Source: Cyanophora paradoxa CCMP329 (Eukaryota; Plantae; Glaucophyta). From it: a stretch of DNA of 64,000 bases. Location: the NCBI GenBank assembly GCA_004431415.1, contig QPMI01000260.1:32759-96758 (forward strand), in the 5' to 3' direction. Below are positions 13,122 through 24,600 of the stretch, one piece after another. Each line of letters opens with the position of its first letter. Positions within the stretch are counted from its first letter, which is position 1. The notes under the pieces are model-generated. The model was not told the DNA's origin. It did not search any database and saw only the letters and a program-made list of their open reading frames with translations. The translations under genes were made by a program, and so were the position numbers.

Positions 13122-14840
13122 ATGGAAGCGCTGGGCGCTGAGTACGCAGCGCCGTCTCCGGAACCGCCGAGCGCATCTGCACAGGCCGCACAGCAGTTTT
13201 CCATCCCGATCAAGAGGATCAATGCGAAGACGGACCTCGCGCGCTGGCAGCGCTCCAAAGCGTACCGCTATTTCATTGAATTCGTGCTCGGCTGCAATGA
13301 GAGCGTGAAGCGCAAGTTCGTCTCCGACCCGTGCCACATCTCGCCGGTCCTCGCCCTCGCCGCGCGTGGAAGCAGCGCTGAGCTCGTAGGCAGGTCGTTC
13401 AGAGCATTCTCGATACGCTCGGCGCGCTCGACGCCTGGATTGACGAGACGCCGCCGGAGACAAACCCGCAGCGGTACGGCAACAAGGCGTTCCGTGTCTG
13501 GCTCAAGCGTGTCGTCGAGGTGCGCTCTGTCTGTCGTTTTCGCAGCACCTGCATGACCGGCGCTCTTCGCAGAACATGGTTCAGCACATGCAGTCCATCC
13601 TGCCCGAGTCGTTGCGTGGGGCTGCCGCGGAGCTCGCGCCGTACTGGGCGGACTCGTTCGGCAACATGGTGCGCATCGACTACGGGACTGGCCACGAGGC
13701 GGCGTTCGTCGCGTGGATGGCCTGCCTGCACCGCCTGGGCGCACTCAAAGATGAGGACCGCCAGGCCGCTGTCCTGCGCGTCTTCGCGCGGTGCGGCGCC
13801 CCGCACGCGCCGGCGCGGCGCGCGGTTGAGGGGCATGCAGGTACCTACGCTTGATGCGGCGGCTGCAGACGACGTACTGGCTGGAGCCGGCGGGCTCGCA
13901 CGGCGTCTGGGGACTGGACGACTACCACTTCCTCCCCTTCCTGTGGGGCGCGGCGCAGATGGTGGACCACGCGCGGCTGAAGCCGAGCGCGGTGACGCGG
14001 GCGGAGGCGGTGGAGGCGATGGCTGGGGAGTGTCTTTACTTCGAGGGCGTCGCCTTCATCCGCCGCGTCAAGCGGGGCCACTTCGGCGAGCACTCGCCCA
14101 TCCTCCACGACATCTCCGCCGTGCCCCTCTGGTCCAAGGCCCGCCCCGCCGCCCCCTTCCCCCTCCCCGCCCGACGCCCCGCAGGTCAACACGGGCCTCA
14201 TCAAGATGTACCACGTGGAGGTGCCCGGGCCGGCGGCCGCGGCGCCTTGGTCTGACGCGGGCGACAGGTGCTCGGCAAGTTCCCCGTCATCCAGCACTTC
14301 CTCTTCGGGTCGCTGCTGCCCTTCGAGGAGGACCCTGCTTCCCAGGAGCACGCGCACGCCGGGGCGCACGCGCACCATCCCCCGCACGCCTTCCACGTCC
14401 ACGCCCCGCACGCCCACCCGCTTCCCCGCACCCACGACCCCCACCCCTCTTCCTCCGCGCCCCGCGCTCACACCCCGGCCAACCCTGCATCTTCCCCCGC
14501 CGCCTCACATTCCGGCTGCCCCGCCGCCTGCCCGGCGGAACCCCCCGCTCCAGAGCGCGCACTCGTTCCGCCGCACGCCGCCCCTGCGCATGCACCCTCG
14601 CCAGCCCACTCCTCCACCCCGTCCGATCCTCCTGGCCCTGCCCCTTCGAGCGTGCCGCCATCCTCCTCGGCCTCCGGAGAGCCGCCTAGAGCTGCGGGTC
14701 TCCCTCTCGCCCCCAGCCTGCTCTCATCCACCCCATCACACCCCCACTCGGGCGCTCCGCTGCTCGCCCCGGCTTCTGATGAAACTCCCAGCACAGCCCC
14801 TTTCCCAGCCGCGGCGGCCGCCTGCAGCTCGAGTAGTTGA
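13122..14840 (+). CDS. PTPA: Serine/threonine-protein phosphatase 2A activator (PTPA/RRD)
   Basis: RYGNKAFR, SFGNMVRIDYGTGHE, YWLEPAGSHGVWGLDDYHFLPF, GHFGEHSPIL and LGKFPVIQHFLFGSLL, then a His/Pro-rich tail. Confidence 0.93.
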
Positions 14841-15009
14841 TCTCCCTCGATCGCGAGCGCCACCTTGACGTTGTTTACTTCGAAAATTCGGATCCTGATC
14901 GCGAGTGCCCCAGCGCCGCCTCAGGCCTCCTGACGCGATGCGGCGCCACCCTTCGAATTCGAGAGCGGGGGGGGGCCCGGGGGATCTGTATGGTTAGGAT
15001 ATCATCATG

Positions 15010-15141
15010 CTCTTTCTACGCTACGGGCGCGCCGGACCTCCTACCTACAGCGCTTTAACTGTACCCGTGCTGTTAGGGATAGAGCGTAACCCGCAGGGAC
15101 TGGTGCCCTGATGGAAAAAAGGGGATGGGAGCCGAGCCTAG
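15010..15141 (-). ncRNA. Candidate Fanzor omegaRNA scaffold
   Basis: Directly 3' of the Fanzor stop codon. Nested complementary segments TACGCT/AGCGTA, ACGGG/CCCGT and TACAG-N8-CTGTA, plus a CAGGG..CCCTG hairpin. Boundaries are uncertain. Confidence 0.4.
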
Positions 15142-16246
15142 CTACGAGCCGAGCAGGCGCTTCGCGTCCACGCCCGTGCCGTAGCGGATGAAGATGCCCC
15201 TGCGAGAGGCCCCCTCGCTTTGAGGGCGGGGGCTAGGAGGCGAGCTCTGGTCAAGTGGCTAGGCCGTGTCGGGACTAGGCGGGGGGAGCAGCGATTGTGT
15301 ATAGGCGTGCATAGACACAACACGCACCGCGCGGCGCCGCCGTCGCGGTCCGCCCGGAAGCCGCACCCGGGGCGGCACTCGAAGACCCTCTTCGAGCCGA
15401 GCCCGTAGTTGATCTTGCCGCACACCCCGCACGTCTTCGAGGTCCAGGCCTCGCAGACGAGCTGGAGCGTGCACGGCGGGTCCTCGTCCTTGGGGTGCCG
15501 CCGGACGGCGTGCTGCAGGAGCTGGCGGAACCTGCGCAAAATAAGCATCAAGACCGCGTGGCAGAGGGAGTCGAAACGCAAGACCAGCGTACTCGTAGTG
15601 GCGGCAGTCGAGAGCCTGACGCGCCACCCACGGGAGCATCGCCCGCCCCTTGCGGGCGACCTGCAGGGGAAAGTGAGCGGAATTCCCGGGGCGGGCGCGC
15701 CGACAGAGCTCGCCGACCATCTGGCTGGTGCGGAACTCCGGCGCGATGACCATCCGAGCGTGCCCCGCGAGAAAACTACGTCGCGCGCCGTGCGTGGTTA
15801 CGAAGAGTACATGATTCAGTGATCGGGGACGCGCACCGAACCCAGCGCCGAATGACCTCCGTCGCCTGGTTGCGCATGCGCGCGTAGCGCCGACGCCCCA
15901 GCGCCCGGAGGTGCCGGCGCGTGCCGTGGCGCGCTGCGCAAAGGGCTCAGCCGCCAAGGGCGCCAAAAAGACCGAAGGGCGTGGGCGCACGGTAGGTCCG
16001 CTCTGGCTTGCCGTAGCAGAGGCTGGGGCAGGGGCAGGCGGGCCGCGGCTCGGCGCGCAAGCCTCTTCTGAAGGTCGGGGGGGCCGACGGCGGCGGCTGC
16101 TCGGCGGCGTGCAGGCCCCTCTCACCAGGCGCCAGATTCTTCGCCTGTAGCTCCAGCTTCTTCGCCCAGTAGGCCGCCTCCCGCCTCGCCCGATCGGCAT
16201 CGTGCTGCCGCATGCGTTCCTCCCTGCGCTCCTTCGCCGCCTCGTT
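15142..16246 (-). pseudogene. Fanzor2 (IS607-TnpB-like) RNA-guided endonuclease, five introns, N-terminally truncated
   Basis: Removing GT-AG introns 15934-15990, 15776-15836, 15661-15717, 15532-15592 and 15200-15327 gives one frame: ..RMRNQATEVIRRWVRFLAGHARMVIAPEFRTSQMV..HYEFRQLLQH..CEAWTSKTCGVCG..FECRPGCGFRADRDGGAARGIFIR..* . This has the Zn finger and RuvC-III; RuvC-I is not seen. Confidence 0.85.
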
Positions 16247-16317
16247 GGACGAAAGTTGGACGAAAGTTGGACGAAAGTTGGACGAAAGTTGGACGAAAGT
16301 TGGACGAAAGTTGGACG
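16244..16317. repeat. Tandem 11-mer (GTTGGACGAAA) x about 6.5
   Basis: Perfect tandem copies abutting the Fanzor reading frame. Confidence 0.95.
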
Positions 16318-16534
16318 TCGTAATCGCAACGTTAACGTTAACTTAGTAACTTAGTAACTCTGATTCCGATCGTAATCGCAACCCTGATTCCGATCGTAAT
16401 CGCAACCCTGATTCCGATCGTAATCGCAATCGGTCGTAATCGTAGCTCTAGCCAAGGCCTATCGTAATTCTGGGTCGTAATTCAAGGCCTATCGTAATTC
16501 TGGTTGCGGGGTTCTGGGTCGTAATCGTAGCTCT
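16318..16534. repeat. ATCGTAAT-motif array including 24-mer CTGATTCCGATCGTAATCGCAACC x about 3 (16360-16429)
   Basis: Direct reading; the motifs are shared in inverted orientation with 27105-27310. Confidence 0.85.
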
Positions 16535-17555
16535 ACCTATACCTTTCTGTTTTCCCAGTCCGCACGCGGGGGTCCGCCGATCATGGCATGATCATTCCTT
16601 CCGGGTCACCCGGGTAGCATTCCTTTCCGAAGTTCCCTCATATGCATGAGCCTCGAGCTCGGAGTCATGATCCGATGATCATGATCAGTCACTGATCCGA
16701 TGATCACGAGTGGCCCATGGCCAGTGGATCCGGATCCGATGATCTAGATCTCGGAGGCTCATGGCGGGCTCGCCGACTCGGCGAGTCGGGCCCCCGGGCC
16801 CTCGGGGAATTCGAACGCCGCTGTGATCGATTATCCGTTCAACGGTTGAACTCCGGAACTTAGTAGTGGTACTACGGTAATTCAAATTAAAACGATTAAC
16901 TAAGTGACGCCCGGCCGCCGGGCCGCGGCCGCCGGGCCGCGCGCGGGGCGTAGATTCAATGATTTCCGAAGTTCAACTTGACCATGCTGGTCCATGCACA
17001 CCGTGGCACTGTACGTGACTCTGTGACAATGCTTCAAGGCTTTTATGATCCGAGGCCCTGGGCTACTAGGCCCGAGGCTAATTATAAGTTCCCGGCCCGG
17101 CCCGGCGGGTCGAGGCCCGGGGAGCGTATCCCCCCCCCCCCCCCCCCCCCCTCCCCCCGCATCCGATGATCGCGTATCCGACGGTCTCGTCAAAATGCCA
17201 TCATGGCATGATCCGATCATGCCATGATGATGCAAATTTTTATTCGAGGCCTTCGAGGCTTCTGTATGTACACGCGGCGCGCCATCGTTCAAGCAGGCCC
17301 AGGTCACTGAGAGTTAAAAGCGGGAAGCTCGACGCGTACGGACGCTCAGGATGCGGGCGCGGCATAGAAGCGCTGGACCGCGAAGGCCGGGGGCGGGCGG
17401 GGCCGGCGGGGAGCCCCGGCGGGGCAGGGAGCCGCGCAGCTGCGAGGGAGGCGGCGAGGGGTGGCTGGGGGGGCGGGGCGGCGGCGGCGAGGGGCCGGAG
17501 GGCCGGCTCGGTTTCGGCCCTTTTGAGACGTCAGTAAGTATTAAACGAAATCACG

Positions 17556-20500
17556 TTAGCGCTGAAAACAAACTGAAGATGAAGGCAGTGGAAGGGGTAC
17601 GAACCAGGCGCGGAGGGCGTCGGAGGCGTGGCGGGTTGCGGTGCGGGCGTGGAGCAGGAGGGTCTCCCGTAGCTCGGCCCCCGTCTCGCGCTGCAGGCGG
17701 GCCACCTCCTCCCCCAGCGCCCCCTCGAACGCGTCCAGCGCCCGCGTCGCCTCCACCCACGCCTGGCCCCGCGTCACTCCCGCCCCGCCCGACTCGCACG
17801 CCGCTCCGCGCCTGCCACGCACCGCGCCTTCCTTGCAGAGGTCCAGCTCCACGGTCCGCGCCCGGCGCGCCGCGCGCTCCTGCAGCTGCGGGGCGGGTGG
17901 GGGCGGCGGCGGGGCGGGGCAGGGACGGCGGTGCGGACGGAGGCCTCGGAGGCCTGCGGGGCGGGTGAGGGGGGCGGCGAAGCGAGGCGGGCGCGGCGGG
18001 GCGGACGAAGGCGTCGGCGAGGAGGTCCGTCACCGCGTACTGGCCCGTCGACGAAATCTGGCCGAGCGAAGACGGCCGGCTCAGCCTCCGCGCGGCCGGC
18101 GGCGGAGCGGCGGGCGCACCCTCGTGAGCCGATACCGGTCGAGGTCGACGCGGGCGGCCGCCCTGTTCGCCGCCAGGCGCAGCGCCTCGTGCTCTTCCTG
18201 CGCGTGCTGCCGGCCCCCGCGCGTCGGCCTGCACCGGCGTGCGAGCGCAGCGCAGCGCCGCGGCGGGCACCAGCGCGCTGCGACCCAGGAGGGCGTAGTC
18301 GTAGAACTGCGCCTTAGCTCCGTCTCCACCGCCGCCGCCTGCAGACCGGTCGCGGCGGCAAGCTGCGAGCGGGTCCGGCGCCGGCGGGGCGCACGAGGGC
18401 GGCGTCGAGCTGCCCGCAGCGCCGGTAGGCCGACGCGAGGACGGCGAGGCCGCGCGCCGTCGCAGCGGCCGGCGTAAAGGCGGCCTCGGGGGCCGAGGGC
18501 CAGGCCTCAAGGGCGGCGGCGACCTCCTCTTCGGCGGCCGCCACGGCGACCCGCGCCTGCGCCAGCGTCCGCAGCGCCCCGAGCGCCTGCGTTGCCTCAG
18601 CCGCCCCGCCCCCGGGCGCCACCGGGCGGGCGGGGCGGACGGTGAGGGAGGCAGACTCGAGGCCCCGCACGTAGTCCAACGCCGGTGTCGTCGGGCCAGC
18701 CGCACCGAACCCCCGGCCCCGCCCCCGCGCCTGGCTCTGGTCCGGGTTGTTCACCACCCTGCCCAGCGCGGGCCACATTGTAAGGGGGCGGGCGCGCGGC
18801 TCTCAGACGAAAGTCCCTCACCGATCGATCTTGGCGGCGAGGGAGGAGCGCGGCTTGACGCTCTGGGGAGGGAGGGGGATGGAGGGCTCGGGCGCGCTGC
18901 AGGAGGCCCTCCAGGCGGGGAGGCGCACGGTGTCCATGTGCTGCTGGGTGAGGAACGCGTGCAGCTCCCGCGTGTACCGCAGCCGCGGGTGCGACGCCAC
19001 CCGCAGCAGGAACCTGGCCCCCGCCCGCCCCGCCCCGTCAGCGAGGGGCGGACGCCCTGGGGCCCGCGCCCGAGCCCAGCCGGCGTGCCGCTCGAGGAGG
19101 AATCGTTCCTGTGAGAGCCTGTCAAAGCTCTCCGGGGCTGGCAGGTTCCAAGAGACATCAGGGGTTGAGCACCTCTTCAGCAACCATCCCGCCGCTCCGA
19201 CCCCAAGCTGCGCCGCGTGATCATGAGTTCGAGCCAAACTACTTGCAAAAGGTTTCATGCACCCGAACGCAGCGAGTTGTCGGGGAAAGGGATTAGGATG
19301 AACGGATACGTCGCCCTATCCGGAGCGGGAGGGGAAAAGGTCAATGTCGGCGGCTCTGGGGCCTCTGGCAGGCGAAGGCCGGCAGCCGTTCACCGCAGCT
19401 GGTCGTTGAGCACGGCGAACTCCTGCCTCGAGGTGTCAGGGAGCACGCAAACCTACATGCGCATGCACGACGCTGCAGCAATTCCGGGCGGCCCGGATGG
19501 CACCTGGAAGCTCCTCCGAACGGAGAACGTCGCGGCCGAGGCCGAACCGCCGTACGGGGAGAAAAGATAGGGAGGCGGGCCTTGCTGCACGACAAAGGCA
19601 GGCAGATTTGTCTGCGCATGCTGTCACGCAAGCCGCGCTGTTGCGTGCATATCCCCACTCGGATGCACCAAGCACTGCACTTCGAAGATCGAAGCGGCTT
19701 TGCGGCCAGTGCCGATCGAAAGGGGCCCGACCACCCGCAGCTGTACCGGCGGTCAGACTCTGAGAGCTTCGAAGGCGGACCGGGGGCATTAACCTCCAGC
19801 CGGTATGGCTGCTCCCGCTCCTGCGCGTGGTCTGATATCGATGGCGAACCGTGGCCTCGTGGCGGGATCTCGATAGCGCACGAAAACATTGGGGGCCACC
19901 GGAGCGAGCTGCATCTGCACTTGGTCTCGCATTGAGCCCAGCCCGGACACCACAAACGATTGCGATGGCGCCGGGAAGCTGCCGGCGGGCATTTCGGAGC
20001 GGACGAAAGCGCCCGCGGGCGTTTGATACGTGCTTGGGGGGCTTTCGACAAAGTACGCCGGTGCTCTTTGCGGAGTTGCCCACCTTTGCGCTGACTCCGA
20101 CTCTGTTCGAAATGCCAAATGAATCAGGGGCCAGGTGGATCAGCTTGGGTGCCGGGCGGACCAAATACGGGGGCCGGGCGTAGAGCTTCGGCGGTGCGTT
20201 CGCGCTCGAACGATGCGCTGCGCACGTTTTGCTCCGCTTCTGCGCGAGCCTGGCCCTTGGCCTCGGCTTCAAGCGAAAGCGAGTCCGGCTCGGCGATCTC
20301 CTCAATCCGCGGCGCGGCGCGAGCGCGCGAAGCGTTATCGGCCGCCTGCGCATCTACGGCGCCGGCCTGCGCATCCATGGCGCCGGCCTGCGCGCCGGCA
20401 AAACAGTCGAGTTTGTTGATCGTTGGACGGAAACAGGCAAACAGGCAAAATTGCAGACAACGCAAAGGCACACTCGCGAACCTGCTTGAACTGCTTGCGG

Positions 20501-20655
20501 TCGCGCGCATGCTGCGGCGGGGTTCTGCGCGGGCCGTCGATGCGCCCGCGGGCCGAGTCGCGCTCTCGCGCCTGCCAGAGCGCCGCAAGACTTGCAAAAT
20601 CGCTCGAGCCCTCGCGCGGCTCGCTGGGCGTGATCTCGATGCCGTCTTTCTCCAT
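17556..20655 (-). CDS. PX-domain sorting-nexin-like protein (probable PX-BAR), multi-exon
   Basis: PX-like segments RQEFAVLNDQLR..LPEAP and ERFLLER..RFLLRVASHPRLRYTRELHAFL, followed by helical C-terminal exons. Start and end are approximate. Confidence 0.55.
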
Positions 20656-20731
20656 TAGACGTGGTTGGACGTCGACGGTTGAGAGATGATGCGTCGCTCT
20701 GTACCCCCCAGTGCCACAGTGACACAGAATA

Positions 20732-21618
20732 ATGGAGACCTCGAGCTCCTTCGTCGCAGCCGGAGGGGTCGCGTTCGGCGCGGCGCGTCTTTCCCGCGCT
20801 GTCCCAGCCGCGGGCCGCACTATCGCGAACCGCATCGTCTCAGGCGCGCGGACCGTCTCAGCGCCGGCGGCCGTGAAAAGCGCGGCTCTCTCGCAACCTC
20901 TGCGCGGCTCGTTCTTCGGAGGAGTTGAGCCGGCGCGCCGGTGGCTCGTTCCTAAACCGACCGCCGCCTCTTCCAGGTGCTGGTTCTCTTCCCCACGTGC
21001 CGCCGCGACCAGTGACCCCCTTGCAGGCGCTTCTTCATCGTTTCTCAAGCGCCTGCTGGCGCTTCGACTGCTCCCTCGCCAACCGGTGCGCTTGCACGTG
21101 CTCCTTGTGTGCTCTCCCTTCTTTTTAAGAATCTGACGGCCATTTCAGATGCACCGGCAATCGGCACGCGGAAGCACGGCTTCAAGCTTGAGCGTGCGGA
21201 GTATATCAAGGAGCTCGACACGCAAGCGCTCGTGTGGGTTCATGAGAAGACCGGCGCGGAACTCCTCAGGTCCGCCCCCTACCTCTGCCCAGCGGTCCGC
21301 GGCTCACGCGGGCGGGCAGCCTGATCAACAACGACGAGAACAAGGTCCCGCGTGTGCTTTGATTTCACGTTACAAGTCTAACTTCGATTCCATGTTAATC
21401 AAGGTCTTCGGCGCCGTCTTCCGAACTCCCCCCAAGGACAGCACTGGCGTGCCCCACATCCTCGAGCACAGCGTTCTCTGCGGGTCAAGGAAGTACCCCA
21501 CGAAGGTGAATATTATAAGCCCGTAAACGCTCAGGCATCGGACTCAACGATCTGTGTGCAGGAGCCGTTCGTCGAGCTTCTCAAGGGCTCCCTCCAGGTG
21601 CCTGAGCTTTCCCGCCGG

Positions 21619-21654
<36 letters not shown>

Positions 21655-24600
21655 ACACACACACCACCACCACCACCACCACCCACCACCCCAACCCCCA
21701 CCCTTTCCTTCTCGTCGACATGATCATACTCGTCCCTCGCTAACTCTCCCTGACCCTGGGGCAGACATTCCTCAACGCCTTCACTTTTCCAGACAAAACA
21801 TGCTACCCCGTCGCTTCATGCAACACGCAGGTGCGGTGGGCTGTATTCGGTTGGGGGGATTCATACGACTAGGGGAATTTATCCGGGCGTGTGACAACTC
21901 GTGTGCTAATGCACTTCGGCAGGACTTCCGCAACTTGGTGCGTCACGGCGTGTTCACTGTCGCCCTCCGCCTGTTAGAGCCTTATCCGCCCCCCGCAAGG
22001 TCGACGTCTACCTCGATGCGGTCTTCTTCCCCAACTGCGTGAAGGACCCCCTCGTGCTCAAACAGGAGGGTGCGCGCGCCGGTCGGCCCCGCGGGGCGCG
22101 CGCCGAGGCGGCTGCAGGGTGGCACTTGGAGGCGGAGTCTGAGGAGGCGCCGCTGACCTACAAGGGGGTCGTCTTCAACGAGATGAAGGGCGTCTACTCC
22201 AGCCCGGACTCGGTCCTCTCCTCCGAGTCCATGGTCCGCCCCGCCTCGCCCCGCCCCCCGCCGCCCCTCTCAGCCGGCCCCGCAGCGCCGCCTCTTCCCC
22301 GACACCACGTACGGTCCGCGGCCGACGCACCCATAGCCGCCGCCTCGCCTCCGGTTCCGCCGCCGACCGGACGTACAGGGGTCGAGTCTGGCGGCGACCC
22401 GCGCTCGACGTCGGCGTCCAACATCTGCGACCTGTGCGCCGGGGCGGGGCGGGGCGGGGCGGGGCGGGGCGGGGCGGGGTGGGGCGGGGGGCGGGGAGGG
22501 GGCTGACGGGGCGCAGGACCTTCGAGCAGTTCAAGGCGTTCCACGAGGAGTTCTACCACCCCTCAAACGCTCGGTGACCTCCACCGCCCACTTCTTTTAC
22601 CGCCCCTGACATCCCGCGGTTTCTTCCACACAGCCTCTTCTTCTATGGCGACTTCGACGCCGACGAGCGGCTTACGATTCTGGACGAGTACCTGTCTCAG
22701 TTCGAGCGGATCGCGCCGAGCAGCGAGATCGGCCTGCAGGCCAAGTGGTCGGCCCCGCGCCGCGTCGAGGAACTCTACGACGCCGGCGACAACGCCGCCG
22801 CCGCCAAGGCCTTCGTGACGATGTGCGGCCCGCGCCCCGCGCCCCCGCGCCCCGCGCCGAGGCGGCCACAGGCAGTGGCTGCTCCCCGAGGTGACCGACT
22901 TCAAGCTCGGCCTCGCGCTCGAGGTGCGGCGGGGCGCCCCGGGGCGGGGGCGCGGCGATGCGACGGGCGGGGGCAGATCCTCGCCGACGTGCTCCTGGGC
23001 ACGCCGGCCTCGCCGCTGCGCAAGGCCCTCATCGACTCGGGCCTCGGCGAGGACGTCACCAGCGTGCGGGCCCCCCCTCTCTTCTCTTCCTCTCCCCCGG
23101 GGGGCCCTCCGCGACGCGGACCGGGGCGCAGGGCGGGCTGGAGAGCGAGCTGCGGCAGATGTACTTCTCCACAGGCCTCAAGGGCGTCAAGCCCGAGGAC
23201 ATCCCAGTGCGGCCGCCCGCCCCCACACCCCCGCCCCGTGCGAGGCGCCGCGCAGCGCGTGGAGGAGCTCATCCTGGAGACGCTCAAGTCGCTCGCGGCG
23301 CGCGGGCTGGACCCCGCCGACGTGCAGGCCTCGCTGAACACCACCGAGTTCCAGCTGCGGGAGAACAACACGGGCTCCTTCCCCCGCGGCCTCTCGCTGC
23401 TGCTGCGCTCCCTCTCCACGTGGCTCTACGGCGGCGACTGCCTCGCGCCTCTGAAGTACGAGGAGCCTCTCGCGTGGCTGAAGGAGCGGATTGCCGGGGG
23501 GCGCTTCTTCGAGGGCCTCATCGAGGAGCACCTGCTCAAGAACCCGCACCGCCTCGCCTTCGTCCTCAAGCCCGACTCCACCATCGGCGCCAAGGAGGAG
23601 GCCCGCCCGCCCCGCCCCGGCCCCGGCCCTGCGCCCCGCCCCCGCGACGCCCACACGCAGGAGGCCGAGCGGCGGCGCCTCGAGAAGGCGAAGGAGGCGC
23701 TCGGGGCGGAGGGCATGCGGCGGACCGTCCAGGAGACCGAGGAGCTGCGCAAGAAGCAGGACACGCCCGACACAGAGGAGGCGCTAGCAAGTTCGTGCTC
23801 GTTGCATTCATTTAGCCTCAAGGCCCAGCGAATATCCCCCGCCTCGCCAACATCTATGCCCACGCAGGCATACCTATGCTGGGGCTGAAGGATTTGGATC
23901 CGAAGGTGCCCCGCCGCGCATCTTGCAGCCAGGGCCGGCGCCGAGGGGGACGCAGATCAAGAGCATCCCGACGCGGAAGCTGACGAGCTCCGGGGTGACC
24001 GTGCTGCAGGTGGGTGGAGGGTGAGGGGGCTCGGGTGGGGCGGGGCGTGAGGGGGCCTCCTGGCGGGGCGCAGCACGACCTCTTCACGAACGACATTCTG
24101 TACCTGGTACGTACGCGGGTCGGACCTACTGCCGAGCTCGCATACCCCCCCCCCCGGTAATACTAACTCTAGAGCTCCAGGCCCTTGCAGTAATCCAGAA
24201 ATTTAGAGTCCAACGGACACCGCCATGCCCCGTGCAGTAATCCAGTAATCTAGAGTACTCAGTATAGTGTGCTCCGGGGGCCGGTATACGTAAATCCCGC
24301 GCCCGTGCAGTACTCCAGTAATCTAGACCGTCGGACCGCCATGCCCCGTGCAGTAATCCAGTACTCAGTATAGTATGCTCTGCCCCCCGTGCCGCGCCCA
24401 TGCAGTAATCCAGAAATCTAGAGTCTGACGGTCACCGCCAGGACCTCGCCCTCGACATCTCCCGCGTCCCGGCAAGTATTTTAATCACCTCAGCTATTTG
24501 CTGCTATCATGCAATGTTTGCTCAGAAAAAAAAGACATCGTGCTTACTTTTTTACTTTTTTTATAGGCAGCCGACCTCCCCCTCCTCAATGTCTTCTCCC

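Noticed and set aside
16244-16317. Telomeric repeat
   Set aside because: The 11-mer does not resemble TTAGGG-type repeats, and the tract is short and internal.
21622-21690. Poly-Pro/poly-His coding stretch
   Set aside because: It is a poly-C/(CAC)n tract inside a PreP intron.
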